A stretch of 50,551 nucleotides of DNA from Bacteroidota bacterium (GTDB taxonomy: Bacteria > Bacteroidota > Bacteroidia > Bacteroidales > VadinHA17). The notes under the pieces were generated by a model. It worked only from the letters and a program-made list of their open reading frames with translations, did not search any database and was not told the origin of the DNA. Both the position numbers and the translations under genes were made by a program. This document shows, in pieces, positions 17,616-26,446 of the stretch (within the stretch, counting starts at the first letter, position 1; every line of letters starts with the position of its first letter). The stretch spans positions 1-50,551 of the forward strand of contig JBAWXY010000001.1 in assembly GCA_037143835.1 (NCBI GenBank), in the 5' to 3' direction.

Positions 17616-19721
17616 ATGAAAAAAACTCTGATTATTTTGTTCATTACAGCTGTAGCATACACAGGATGCAAAAAGGAAGAAAAGAGCGATAATCCTTTCT
17701 TCAACAAATATGACACTCCTTTCGAGGTACCTCCCTTTGAACAGATAAAGGCTGCCCATTTCATGCCTGCTTATCTTAAAGGGTTTGAAGAACAGCGAAT
17801 TGAAATAAAAGCTATCATTAATAATCCCAAAAAACCAACTTTCGATAATACTATTAAAGCTCTGGAATACAGCGGTCAGCTTCTCACTAAAGTAAGCAGG
17901 GTCTTCGGGTCGCTTAACTCTGCAAATACCAATGATACTTTGCAGAAAATCAACAGGGAACTTTCACCACTACTTTCTAAGCATAGAGATGATATAAGCC
18001 TGAATGACAGCCTTTTCCAGAGAATTAAATCGGTATATGAGAACCGTGACAAATTTAAACTCACAGAAGAAGAAAAAAAGGTACTGGATGATACCTATAA
18101 AAACTTTGTAAGAAGCGGAGCTGCTTTATCTGCAGAAGATAAAGACAAACTCCGCAAAATAAATGAAGAAATGTCTCTCCTCTCAGTTCAATTTGGTCAG
18201 AACCTGCTGGCAGAGACCAACGGATTCCAGCTTGTTGTTGATAAAAAGGAAGATTTAGCCGGATTGCCGGAAGGTGCTATTGCCCAGGCAGCATCATTGG
18301 CTAAGAGTCTGAAGCTGGATGGCAAATGGGTTTTCACAATTCAGTATCCGATAATGGAACCATTCCTGAAATATTCTGAAAAACGGGATCTGAGACAGAA
18401 GCTTTTCACAGCTTATTTTATGAAAGGCGATAATGATAATGAACGTGATAACAAAGCGATAATAGCAAAAATAGCAAAACTTAGGGTTGAAAGGTCTCAC
18501 CTACTTGGTTATAAGAGCTATGCTGATTTTTCTCTTGAACGCAATATGGCTAAAACTCCCCAAAAAGTAATTGAATTCCTCGGTCAGGTATGGGCTGCTG
18601 CAACTCCTGTAGCCAAAGCCGAGGCAACAGCTCAGCAGGAAATGATAAACAGGGAAGGCGGTAAATTTAAACTTGAGCCATGGGACTGGTGGTATTATAC
18701 TGAAAAGATAAAGAAAGAGAAATACGATCTCAGCGATGAGGTTACCAGGCCATATTTTAAGATTGACAATGTGATGGAAGGAATGTTCTATGTTGCCAAT
18801 CAGCTTTATGGACTTGAATTCACGAAAAGAAATGACATTCCCAAATATCATCCTGATGTTAATACTTTTGAAGTCAAACGCAATGGTAAACATGTTGGTA
18901 TTCTGATGATTGATAACTACCCTCGTCTGTCAAAGAGGAATGGTGCGTGGTGTGGTGCTTTCAGAGGTCAGAGCCGTAATATTAAGGGGAAAATGATTTA
19001 CCCGATTGTAACAATGGTTACAAATTCAACTCCTCCGACAGGCGATAAACCTTCACTCCTAACTGCTGATGAAGCTTCAACGTTGTTCCATGAGTTTGGA
19101 CATGCCCTCCATCAGTTGCTTTCAAACTCAACATACCCGGGTGTTTCAGGCACTTCCGTGCCACGCGATTTTGTCGAGTTGCCTTCACAGATAATGGAAC
19201 ACTGGGTACTTGAACCCGAAGTGTTAAAAGTATATGCAAAACATTATCAGACAGGTGAAATTATTCCGGCTGAAATTGTTGAAAAGCTTGACAAAGCAAG
19301 TAAATTCAATACGGGATTCATCACTGTTGAATATCTTGCTGCTGCACTTCTCGATATGGAATATCATGCTTTAACTGAACCGACCGATATCGATATAAGG
19401 GAATTTGAGAAGAAAGCTATGGATAAATATGGCTTAATTCCTGAGATCAAACCAAGGTACAGGTCAACCTATTTTAATCATATCTGGGCCAGTGGATATG
19501 CTGCTGGTTATTATAGTTATATCTGGTGCGAAATTCTTGATGCTGATGCATTCCAGGCATTTAAGGAAACCGGTAATATTTTTAATAAGGAAGTCGCTGC
19601 CAAATTTGAAAAAGAGATCCTTTCAAAAGGAGGAACAAGAGACCCGCTGGAGATGTATATTGCTTTCAGAGGAAAAGAGCCGGGTATCGATGCTCTTCTT
19701 GTAAACAGGGGACTAAAATAA
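17616..19721 (+). CDS. dcp: M3 family peptidyl-dipeptidase Dcp, lipoprotein
   Basis: Lipobox AYTGC, zinc motif HEFGHALH with the downstream EL/PSQ glutamate region. 701 aa, overall M3A architecture. Confidence 0.85.
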   Translation: MKKTLIILFITAVAYTGCKKEEKSDNPFFNKYDTPFEVPPFEQIKAAHFMPAYLKGFEEQRIEIKAIINNPKKPTFDNTIKALEYSGQLLTKVSRVFGSLNSANTNDTLQKINRELSPLLSKHRDDISLNDSLFQRIKSVYENRDKFKLTEEEKKVLDDTYKNFVRSGAALSAEDKDKLRKINEEMSLLSVQFGQNLLAETNGFQLVVDKKEDLAGLPEGAIAQAASLAKSLKLDGKWVFTIQYPIMEPFLKYSEKRDLRQKLFTAYFMKGDNDNERDNKAIIAKIAKLRVERSHLLGYKSYADFSLERNMAKTPQKVIEFLGQVWAAATPVAKAEATAQQEMINREGGKFKLEPWDWWYYTEKIKKEKYDLSDEVTRPYFKIDNVMEGMFYVANQLYGLEFTKRNDIPKYHPDVNTFEVKRNGKHVGILMIDNYPRLSKRNGAWCGAFRGQSRNIKGKMIYPIVTMVTNSTPPTGDKPSLLTADEASTLFHEFGHALHQLLSNSTYPGVSGTSVPRDFVELPSQIMEHWVLEPEVLKVYAKHYQTGEIIPAEIVEKLDKASKFNTGFITVEYLAAALLDMEYHALTEPTDIDIREFEKKAMDKYGLIPEIKPRYRSTYFNHIWASGYAAGYYSYIWCEILDADAFQAFKETGNIFNKEVAAKFEKEILSKGGTRDPLEMYIAFRGKEPGIDALLVNRGLK

Positions 19722-19737
19722 CCATCAACCTAATTAG

Positions 19738-19770
19738 AAAAATCCGGCCTTATTGACCGGATTTTTTCTT
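19738..19770. terminator. Bidirectional intrinsic terminator between dcp and the Crp/Fnr gene
   Basis: aaaaatccgg (19738-19747) / ccggattttt (19757-19766), a perfect 10-bp inverted repeat. A-run on one side and T-run on the other, between convergent genes. Confidence 0.8.
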
Positions 19771-19792
19771 TCAGATTTGTTGTAAGAAGGAA

Positions 19793-20464
19793 TTAGTCAA
19801 TTGTAAGTTCAGCCAGTCCTTCTTTATCAATTATCTTAATGTTTTTACCTTTAGCTTCAAGATAACCTTCCTCTTCCAACTCACCAAGTGCCCTTGCTAC
19901 TGAGGGCCTTGCAACACCAAAAAAATCAGCAAGTTCATTCTGCGTCATATCCAAAAAAATAGACGCCTTCTCCTTCCCTGCTTTCTGAAGGATATAATGG
20001 GCAAGTTTTCCTTTTATCGTCTTAAAATTCAGAAATTTAATCTTCTCCGACAGGAACTGAGAACGGTTTGAAATCATATCCAGAAAATTAACCAGGATAA
20101 TGTCGTTTCTCATTAACAGTTTAAGGAAATCGGGCTTTTCTATCAAAAGCAGTTCTCCATCTGAAACTGCAATTACATTAACCGGAAACTTGTTTCTGTT
20201 GCCGAACATGAAAGCAGATGCAAGAGCTCCAGGGGCAGGAATATCTTCTATCTTTATCACTCTTCCTGCATAATCAACCATTTCTCCCTTCACAACTCCA
20301 CTTATTACAACTATCAGTGAATTAACAGGTTCCCCGCTTTGTGATATCAGAGAGCCTGCCTGAAATTTTTTAGTCCGATGAGGAACACCAGAAAGAATTG
20401 TTTCTATCTCCCCCGTTGTAAGTCCCCTGAACAGAGGGGCATTTGATAAAAGAGAATAGTCCAT
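19793..20464 (-). CDS. Crp/Fnr family transcriptional regulator (HcpR-like context)
   Basis: Track ORF 19793..20521, started here at the ATG at 20464 (MDYSLLSNAPLFRGL, typical start of a cNMP-binding domain). C-terminal HTH: TQNELADFFGVARPSVARALGELEEEG. Confidence 0.85.
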   Translation of the reverse strand: MDYSLLSNAPLFRGLTTGEIETILSGVPHRTKKFQAGSLISQSGEPVNSLIVVISGVVKGEMVDYAGRVIKIEDIPAPGALASAFMFGNRNKFPVNVIAVSDGELLLIEKPDFLKLLMRNDIILVNFLDMISNRSQFLSEKIKFLNFKTIKGKLAHYILQKAGKEKASIFLDMTQNELADFFGVARPSVARALGELEEEGYLEAKGKNIKIIDKEGLAELTID

Positions 20465-20546
20465 GGTTTTTTCGTAAAAATAGTAAATTGTTATCCATAA
20501 ACATAGGTCTTCAACTTTCACGGATTCATCTTTTTAAAAAAATCAC

Positions 20547-20570
20547 AAATTGTAACATATGCTACAATTT
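20547..20570. promoter_or_regulatory. Candidate Crp/Fnr-family operator: aaattgtaac-atat-gctacaattt
   Basis: 24-bp palindrome with a single asymmetric pair (TGTAAC-N4-GCTACA core). It is centred about 65 nt upstream of the ferredoxin-like gene ATG and about 33 nt upstream of a near-consensus -7 box cAatTTTG (20588-20595). Confidence 0.6.
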
Positions 20571-20623
20571 AGTCCTTGGCATTTCTTCAATTTTGTCACG
20601 GAAAATAATTAAACCATACAAAT

Positions 20624-21349
20624 ATGAAGAGAGATATTCTGAAAATTGATGAGGAGCTATGCAATGGTTGCGGCCTGTGTGTTCCAAACTGCCACGAGGG
20701 TGCTTTACAGGTAATCGACGGCAAGGTAAGACTGGTAAGTGAACTTATGTGCGACGGGCTTGGTGCCTGCATCGGTCATTGCCCTGAAGGAGCTATCACC
20801 ATCGAGACCAGAGAAGCTGAATCCTATAGCGAAACACGCGTTATGGAGCAGGCTCATAATCATTCTCATAACCATGGTCATGAAGGTGGCGGATGTCCGG
20901 GATCGAGAGCGATGGTCATTGAAAAGCAAGAAAAGACAAATGACAATACTCCATTGGCAGACCAGCCTTCAGAACTGAGGCAGTGGCCGGTGCAGATGCA
21001 TCTGGTTAATCCAAATGCCCCATATTTCAGAGGTGCTGATCTTTTACTTGCAGCCGACTGTGTGGCATTTTCGATGGGTGGTTTTCATAGTAATCATCTG
21101 AAAGGCAAGTCGCTGGCAATTGCATGCCCTAAACTTGATCAGGGAGTCGACATTTATGTTGAAAAGTTAACTTCTATGATTGACATTGCAAAAGTGAACA
21201 CCATAACAGTGATGATGATGGAAGTTCCGTGCTGTGGTGGATTGTTGCAGATAGTCAGGACAGCAATGGCCAAAGCTTCCAGAAAAGTTCCGGTTAAAAA
21301 GATGATCGTCGGAATCAACGGAGAAGTACTTCAGGAAGAGTGGGTGTAG
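20624..21349 (+). CDS. 4Fe-4S dicluster domain protein with His-rich linker and Cys-containing C-terminal domain (FrdX-like)
   Basis: CNGCGLCVPNC and CDGLGACIGHC ferredoxin motifs. HNHSHNHGHEGGGC linker. C-terminal domain has AADCVAF, IACPKLD and EVPCCGG cysteines. Confidence 0.75.
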   Translation: MKRDILKIDEELCNGCGLCVPNCHEGALQVIDGKVRLVSELMCDGLGACIGHCPEGAITIETREAESYSETRVMEQAHNHSHNHGHEGGGCPGSRAMVIEKQEKTNDNTPLADQPSELRQWPVQMHLVNPNAPYFRGADLLLAADCVAFSMGGFHSNHLKGKSLAIACPKLDQGVDIYVEKLTSMIDIAKVNTITVMMMEVPCCGGLLQIVRTAMAKASRKVPVKKMIVGINGEVLQEEWV

Positions 21350-22478
21350 AGCTTACAATCTTAAACCCAAGTCCCTCAAATATTTTCTGAACTTTTTCAG
21401 TCTCTCCTTTAATATTAATTCTGTACGAAGGAAACTCCCTCCTCGGCGGGTAATCGCCTCTTTGTTTTTCAAAATCCGACGGTGAAAAACGAAATTTTAT
21501 ATCATCCCCGGCTATATTGTAAGTGTGAAAAACAGCTTCCCTTATTATATCTTCATCTGATTTGCCTTTGGCATCAATTATTATTTCCGGTACAGGAGGT
21601 TGCGGCAAATTCTCAGGGTACCAGTTTTTTAACGTAAGATCAAAATATTTGCATAAAGAGTTGACAATTATTGCTGCTCCGTTAGCCTTGCCGTCAGTCG
21701 AATACCCTGCAATATGTGGAGTTGCGATAAACGTTTTTGCCATAAGTTCAAGATCAATATCCGGTTCATTCTCCCATACATCTAAAACAGTGCCACCCAG
21801 TTTCCCAGAGCCAAGTGCTTTCTTAAGAGCGGCCGTATCGGTCACCTCACCCCGTGAAGAATTGAAAAACCAGGCACCCTTTTTCATCTTTTTGAAACTC
21901 TTTTCATTAAAAAGATGATGAGTGCTATCTTCTCCAACCATATTAAGCGGCACATGAACCGTCACAATATCAGATTCATATAAAATTGTCCCAAGGTTGA
22001 CAAAATTCTTTTCACCCTCTTGTCTGGCCCGGGGAGGATCATTCAGCAGAACATTCATCCCTAATAATCTTGCTAACTTTTCAACCTTTGAACCTACATT
22101 GCCGACACCTATAATTCCAATTGTTTTGTCCATCAGGTTAAATCGGAATTCGGAGGCCATCTTCAGCAAGGCTCCTGCAATATATTGCTGAACCGATGAT
22201 GAATTACAACCCGGAGCATTAGCCCATTTAATATTATGCTTCTCGCAATATTGTGTATCAATATGGTCGAATCCGATTGTTGCAGTACCGATAAAGCTTA
22301 CCTGTGTCCCATTCAGAAGAGCGTCAGTGCATTTAGTCCGTGTGCGGATTAACAACGCATCAGCATTCATTGCGGCATCTCTTGTAATCTGCTTCCCCGG
22401 AAGATAGGTAACATCTGCATAAGGCTCCAAAATTCCTTTCAGAAATGAAATTTTATCATCGGCAATAATTCTGATCAT
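21315..22478 (-). CDS. pdxB: 4-phosphoerythronate dehydrogenase
   Basis: MIRIIADDKI..., D-2-hydroxyacid dehydrogenase Rossmann motif GIIGVGNVGSKV, plus a PdxB-specific C-terminal dimerisation domain. 387 aa. Confidence 0.8.
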   Translation of the reverse strand: MIRIIADDKISFLKGILEPYADVTYLPGKQITRDAAMNADALLIRTRTKCTDALLNGTQVSFIGTATIGFDHIDTQYCEKHNIKWANAPGCNSSSVQQYIAGALLKMASEFRFNLMDKTIGIIGVGNVGSKVEKLARLLGMNVLLNDPPRARQEGEKNFVNLGTILYESDIVTVHVPLNMVGEDSTHHLFNEKSFKKMKKGAWFFNSSRGEVTDTAALKKALGSGKLGGTVLDVWENEPDIDLELMAKTFIATPHIAGYSTDGKANGAAIIVNSLCKYFDLTLKNWYPENLPQPPVPEIIIDAKGKSDEDIIREAVFHTYNIAGDDIKFRFSPSDFEKQRGDYPPRREFPSYRINIKGETEKVQKIFEGLGFKIVSSTPTLPEVLLR

Positions 22479-22570
22479 CTCTATTTCAATTTCCCCGGAA
22501 AGTTACAAATTAATATTTGTTGAATATCAGGCAAATAGCAGAACCCCCTTTAGAAGGCAGTGGGTGAAAT

Positions 22571-24739
22571 TTACTCAATAATTGTCATTTCTTTAAGCAG
22601 ATAACCTGCACCGGCAAACTTGTCGATAATAAAGAGTGCATACCTTATATCGAGACTGATATTCCGGCTCTGATCCGGATTAAACGCAAGGTCGCTGGCA
22701 ACGCCTTCCCATGCTCTGTCGAAGTTGATACCAATAAGATGACCATCAGCATTTATAACAGGACTGCCTGAATTGCCACCTGTTGTATGGTTATTGGCAA
22801 TAAAACAAACAGGTACTTCTCCATTCTGTGTATAACGGCCAAAATCCCTTGTCCTGTACAACTCTCTGAGCTTATCAGGAACATCATAATCGTATATTTC
22901 GGGATTATCTTTTTCCATTATCCCTTTAAGTGTTGTATAGTAAGTATAATAGACTGCATCTTTTGAAACATACCCTTTAACTGTTCCATAGGTAATGCGC
23001 AGTGTTGAATTGGCATCAGGATAGAAGACTCTCTCTTTATCAAACTCCATCTGAGCTGTCATATAATCCTTATTAAGCTTTTGAATCTCATCGTTAATCC
23101 GGCCCAATTCAGGTCTGACATTAATGGCCAGAAAGTCGCTTACGTTTATTGCAAGCAAGTAGAAAGGATCTTTATTCAATTTAGCAATAGTTGCCGAATT
23201 AAATCCTTTAACGAAAGTTTCAAACCTGGCTCCATCAGCAAAAACCGTCTTCTCGTATAATTTATCGACAACGGCTGAAAAGTTACCTTTGCAGGAATTC
23301 TTCAGTTTTAAATACTCAGGTGCCTGCCATTTCAGATCAATATTTTCGCCATACAGTGTCATTACAGCAACAAAGAGCTTTTTATCCGTAGCTATGTTGT
23401 AGTTCTGAAAAAAACTCTTCCCGGTCTCAATCAAATTGATTTTCATGACCTTTATCTGGTCCTCATCAGCATTGCTTTTAAAAAGTTCGGCCAATGCTTT
23501 CATGTTTCTTGCAAAGCTAACAGCTTCTGCCCCACTGCTGAAAAAGACCTCATTGATGTAGCTGTTTACGATGTTATATTCATTCAGTTTTGTATACAAC
23601 TCCTTGTACTTAGGCAGAATACTCCCGTATTTTGTAATACGGTAATTATCTGAATTGATCCAGGTTGTTAATTTATTTTCAAACTCCTTTTTTTTCTCAA
23701 TTGTTTTCATTTTTTCCAACCCCTGGCTCTCTCCTATCCATTTTTTCCATGAGTTGGCTATGCCCGCTTTTTTGGCAGAATACTGAATCCTTATCAGTGG
23801 GTCAGTGTTCATAGCTGATTCCATTATTTCAATCTTTTTTGTTCTGATAACGATCATTTTAGGATTGAAAAAGTTCTTTACCATGTCGACATGATAAGAG
23901 GGAACATATTCTGAAGTTGTTCCCGGGTAACCGAAAACCATTGTAAAATCACCCTCCTTAACACCTTTAAGTGATATCGGGAAATGATATGCGGGCTTAA
24001 AGGGAACATTATCTTTAGAAAATTCGGCAGGCTTGTTTTCTTTATTGGCATAAATCCTGAAAAGTGAAAAGTCACCCGTGTGGCGTGGCCATATCCAGTT
24101 GTCAGTTTCACCGCCAAATTTTCCAATAGCGGAAGGAGGAGCTCCTACGAGACGAATATCCCTGAATACTTCATTGACAAAAAGGAAATATTGGTTACCC
24201 ATATAAAATGGCCGGACGCCTACAGTATAACCGGTTCCTTCGATGGCGCTTTTTCTGATCTCAGCTATATTAGAATTTATTAAATTATCACGTTCATTAC
24301 CCGCCATTTCAGCAGTTACCCCTTTCAATGTTCTTTCTGTAACATCTTCCATGCTTTTCAGAAAGGTGACTGAGAGCCCGGGGTTGGGCAACTCTTCTTC
24401 CCTCGACATAGCCCAGAATCCATCAGTAAGATAATCATGCTCAAGAGTTGAGTGTTTCTGTATCTGACCATAGCCGCAATGATGGTTTGTTATAAGCAGT
24501 CCATCTGGTGATATAACTTCTCCTGTACAGCCTCCGCCAAATTGCACGATTGCATCTTTCATGCAGGCCTTGTTTACACTATAAATATCTTCGGCTGTCA
24601 GTTTAAAACCTTTCTCCTGCATCAGTTTAATATTGTATTTTTCGATCAGAAGAGGTATCCACATACCTTCGTCGGCTCTCAAAGCCGGAGCCAGAAATAT
24701 TGTCAGTAGTAACGAGAATGTCAGTAGTTTGTTTTTCAT
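22571..24739 (-). CDS. S46 family dipeptidyl-peptidase, DPP11-like
   Basis: Track ORF 22571..24796, started here at the ATG at 24739 (MKNKLLTFSLLL...ALRADEGMW signal plus the conserved mature N-terminus). TNHHCGY catalytic His region, TGGNSGSPV catalytic Ser, and FDR with Arg at +18 from the Ser. Confidence 0.85.
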   Translation of the reverse strand: MKNKLLTFSLLLTIFLAPALRADEGMWIPLLIEKYNIKLMQEKGFKLTAEDIYSVNKACMKDAIVQFGGGCTGEVISPDGLLITNHHCGYGQIQKHSTLEHDYLTDGFWAMSREEELPNPGLSVTFLKSMEDVTERTLKGVTAEMAGNERDNLINSNIAEIRKSAIEGTGYTVGVRPFYMGNQYFLFVNEVFRDIRLVGAPPSAIGKFGGETDNWIWPRHTGDFSLFRIYANKENKPAEFSKDNVPFKPAYHFPISLKGVKEGDFTMVFGYPGTTSEYVPSYHVDMVKNFFNPKMIVIRTKKIEIMESAMNTDPLIRIQYSAKKAGIANSWKKWIGESQGLEKMKTIEKKKEFENKLTTWINSDNYRITKYGSILPKYKELYTKLNEYNIVNSYINEVFFSSGAEAVSFARNMKALAELFKSNADEDQIKVMKINLIETGKSFFQNYNIATDKKLFVAVMTLYGENIDLKWQAPEYLKLKNSCKGNFSAVVDKLYEKTVFADGARFETFVKGFNSATIAKLNKDPFYLLAINVSDFLAINVRPELGRINDEIQKLNKDYMTAQMEFDKERVFYPDANSTLRITYGTVKGYVSKDAVYYTYYTTLKGIMEKDNPEIYDYDVPDKLRELYRTRDFGRYTQNGEVPVCFIANNHTTGGNSGSPVINADGHLIGINFDRAWEGVASDLAFNPDQSRNISLDIRYALFIIDKFAGAGYLLKEMTIIE

Positions 24740-24800
24740 ATATATTTTCTTAATTCCTAATTGATAAATTTCTAATTCATTTGACTTTTGACTCATTTTA

Positions 24801-24845
24801 ACCCACCCCTTGCCCCTCCCAGGAGGGGAACCCTCGGGGATTCCT
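24801..24845. repeat. GC-rich palindromic repeat unit (acccaccccttgcccctcccaggaggggaaccctcggggattcc)
   Basis: Core palindrome cccctcc (24813-24819) / ggagggg (24822-24828). It resembles the units at 43504-43609. It lies between the maf stop and the S46 peptidase start. Confidence 0.6.
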
Positions 24846-24866
24846 TTTTCCTTTTTACTTTTGTCT

Positions 24867-25457
24867 TTACTTTAGAATGAAACTTTGAAGTTCTTTGTAA
24901 AGTCTCTGTACAGGCAACCCAACAACATTGAAATATGATCCCTCAATATTGCTGCAGGCAGCAATGCCTATCCACTCCTGTATGCCGTATGCGCCTGCTT
25001 TATCGTATGGTTTGTATTTATCAACATAAAAATTCATCTCTTCCCCCGAAAGAGTATCGAAAGTAACTTTTGTCGAGACAGAAAATGTTTTTTCCTTAAA
25101 AGAGGAAAACAGACACACTCCGGTAATTACTTCATGTGTGTTGCCCGAAATTTCTTTGAGAATGTGGATTGCATCTTCAGAATTCAGAGGTTTGCCAAGC
25201 ACCTTGTTGTTACACCATACAATCGTATCTGCTGTAATAACAATCTCATTTTCTGATATTTCGTTTTTAAAAGAGACCGCCTTTTCGTGTGCAACATACT
25301 TGGCAATCTCCTCACCACCAAGGCTTTTCGGAAATGTTTCAGTATAATCCTTAATTACAATATCAAATTTAAGACCCAGGTCCCTGAGCAGCTGCTGTCT
25401 TCTGGGTGATCGTGAAGCAAGGATTATCCTATAGTTATTCAGGTTATCAATTATCAT
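24867..25457 (-). CDS. maf: Maf family nucleoside triphosphate pyrophosphatase
   Basis: ILASRSPRRQQLL N-terminal motif, ITADTIV, KAGAYGIQ. 196 aa. Confidence 0.9.
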   Translation of the reverse strand: MIIDNLNNYRIILASRSPRRQQLLRDLGLKFDIVIKDYTETFPKSLGGEEIAKYVAHEKAVSFKNEISENEIVITADTIVWCNNKVLGKPLNSEDAIHILKEISGNTHEVITGVCLFSSFKEKTFSVSTKVTFDTLSGEEMNFYVDKYKPYDKAGAYGIQEWIGIAACSNIEGSYFNVVGLPVQRLYKELQSFILK

Positions 25458-25459
25458 AG

Positions 25460-26443
25460 TCAGAAGAGGTTCCAGGTAAGTATTACTTTTACCACAACAG
25501 AGTAAAGTATACCGGTAAGCATTACTATTTTCATGATACTGCTTGCACTGTGAAGCTGTTTCCTGTCACAGCTGATAACCACCTTATAAATGACATATAA
25601 AAGAGGCAAAACGATTGCAGCAGATAGGTAAATAAGTGTTATAGTATCATTAATAAAAAAGTACCATATAAGATATAGCAGAGCAACAGTAATAATTATG
25701 AGGCTTACTGAAACTACCTTGGCAGAAAGTACTCCGAAAACTACCGCGACAGTATTTCTTCCGTAAGCAACATCCCCTTCAAAGTCTTCAGTGTCCTTGA
25801 TTATTTCGCGTGTAAGAGTAGTCAGAAAAGCAAAAAGAGCAAATCCCCCGACCCAGTAGAAAACAAAATTTATTTTTGGAAGAGATATTGCATTTATTGT
25901 GTAATACTTATATAAAGCAGGCCATTCATAAAAAACAACGAGAAGAGGAACCATTGCTGTCAGAATAGCAACAATTATATTGCCGATCAGGAACTGTCTT
26001 TTATAGCTTACTGAATAAAAATAGAGTAAACCAGAGACGATCAGAAAGAGAACTCCCAAATATATATAACCGGCTTTCCATGAAATATAGAAACCGGCAG
26101 AAACACCGGCGATATTAAAAATATTATGCCACATCATGGCCTGGCGTCTCGGGATTTTTGTGCCAACAATTACCTTCCCTTTGTTTATCAGGTCTGCTTT
26201 TATATTGAAATAATCATTTATTACGTAACCACCTGCAGTAATAAAGACAGTGGCGGCAACGAGTAATAAAAAGTCATACCATGGAAACTGAAGTACCATT
26301 GGAATCTCTTCTCCCGTACCCTTAAGAAGTATAACACCAATTTTGCTGATGACCGGCTCAAGAACCGCATATCTCATTAGCACCATAGTAAGGATAACTA
26401 TGAGAAGATTTTGCCATCTGATCAGACTAAGAAATGCCTTCAT
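25460..26443 (-). CDS. UbiA family prenyltransferase (membrane)
   Basis: Eight to nine TM segments. First motif NDYFNIKAD, where the consensus is NDxxDxxxD. Second motif KDTEDFEGD. 327 aa. Confidence 0.8.
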   Translation of the reverse strand: MKAFLSLIRWQNLLIVILTMVLMRYAVLEPVISKIGVILLKGTGEEIPMVLQFPWYDFLLLVAATVFITAGGYVINDYFNIKADLINKGKVIVGTKIPRRQAMMWHNIFNIAGVSAGFYISWKAGYIYLGVLFLIVSGLLYFYSVSYKRQFLIGNIIVAILTAMVPLLVVFYEWPALYKYYTINAISLPKINFVFYWVGGFALFAFLTTLTREIIKDTEDFEGDVAYGRNTVAVVFGVLSAKVVSVSLIIITVALLYLIWYFFINDTITLIYLSAAIVLPLLYVIYKVVISCDRKQLHSASSIMKIVMLTGILYSVVVKVILTWNLF

Positions 26444-26446
26444 TTT

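Noticed and set aside
20443-20649. 68-aa ORF spanning the Crp/ferredoxin intergenic region
   Set aside because: It overlaps the starts of both flanking genes and the predicted operator/promoter. It is low-complexity, with no support.
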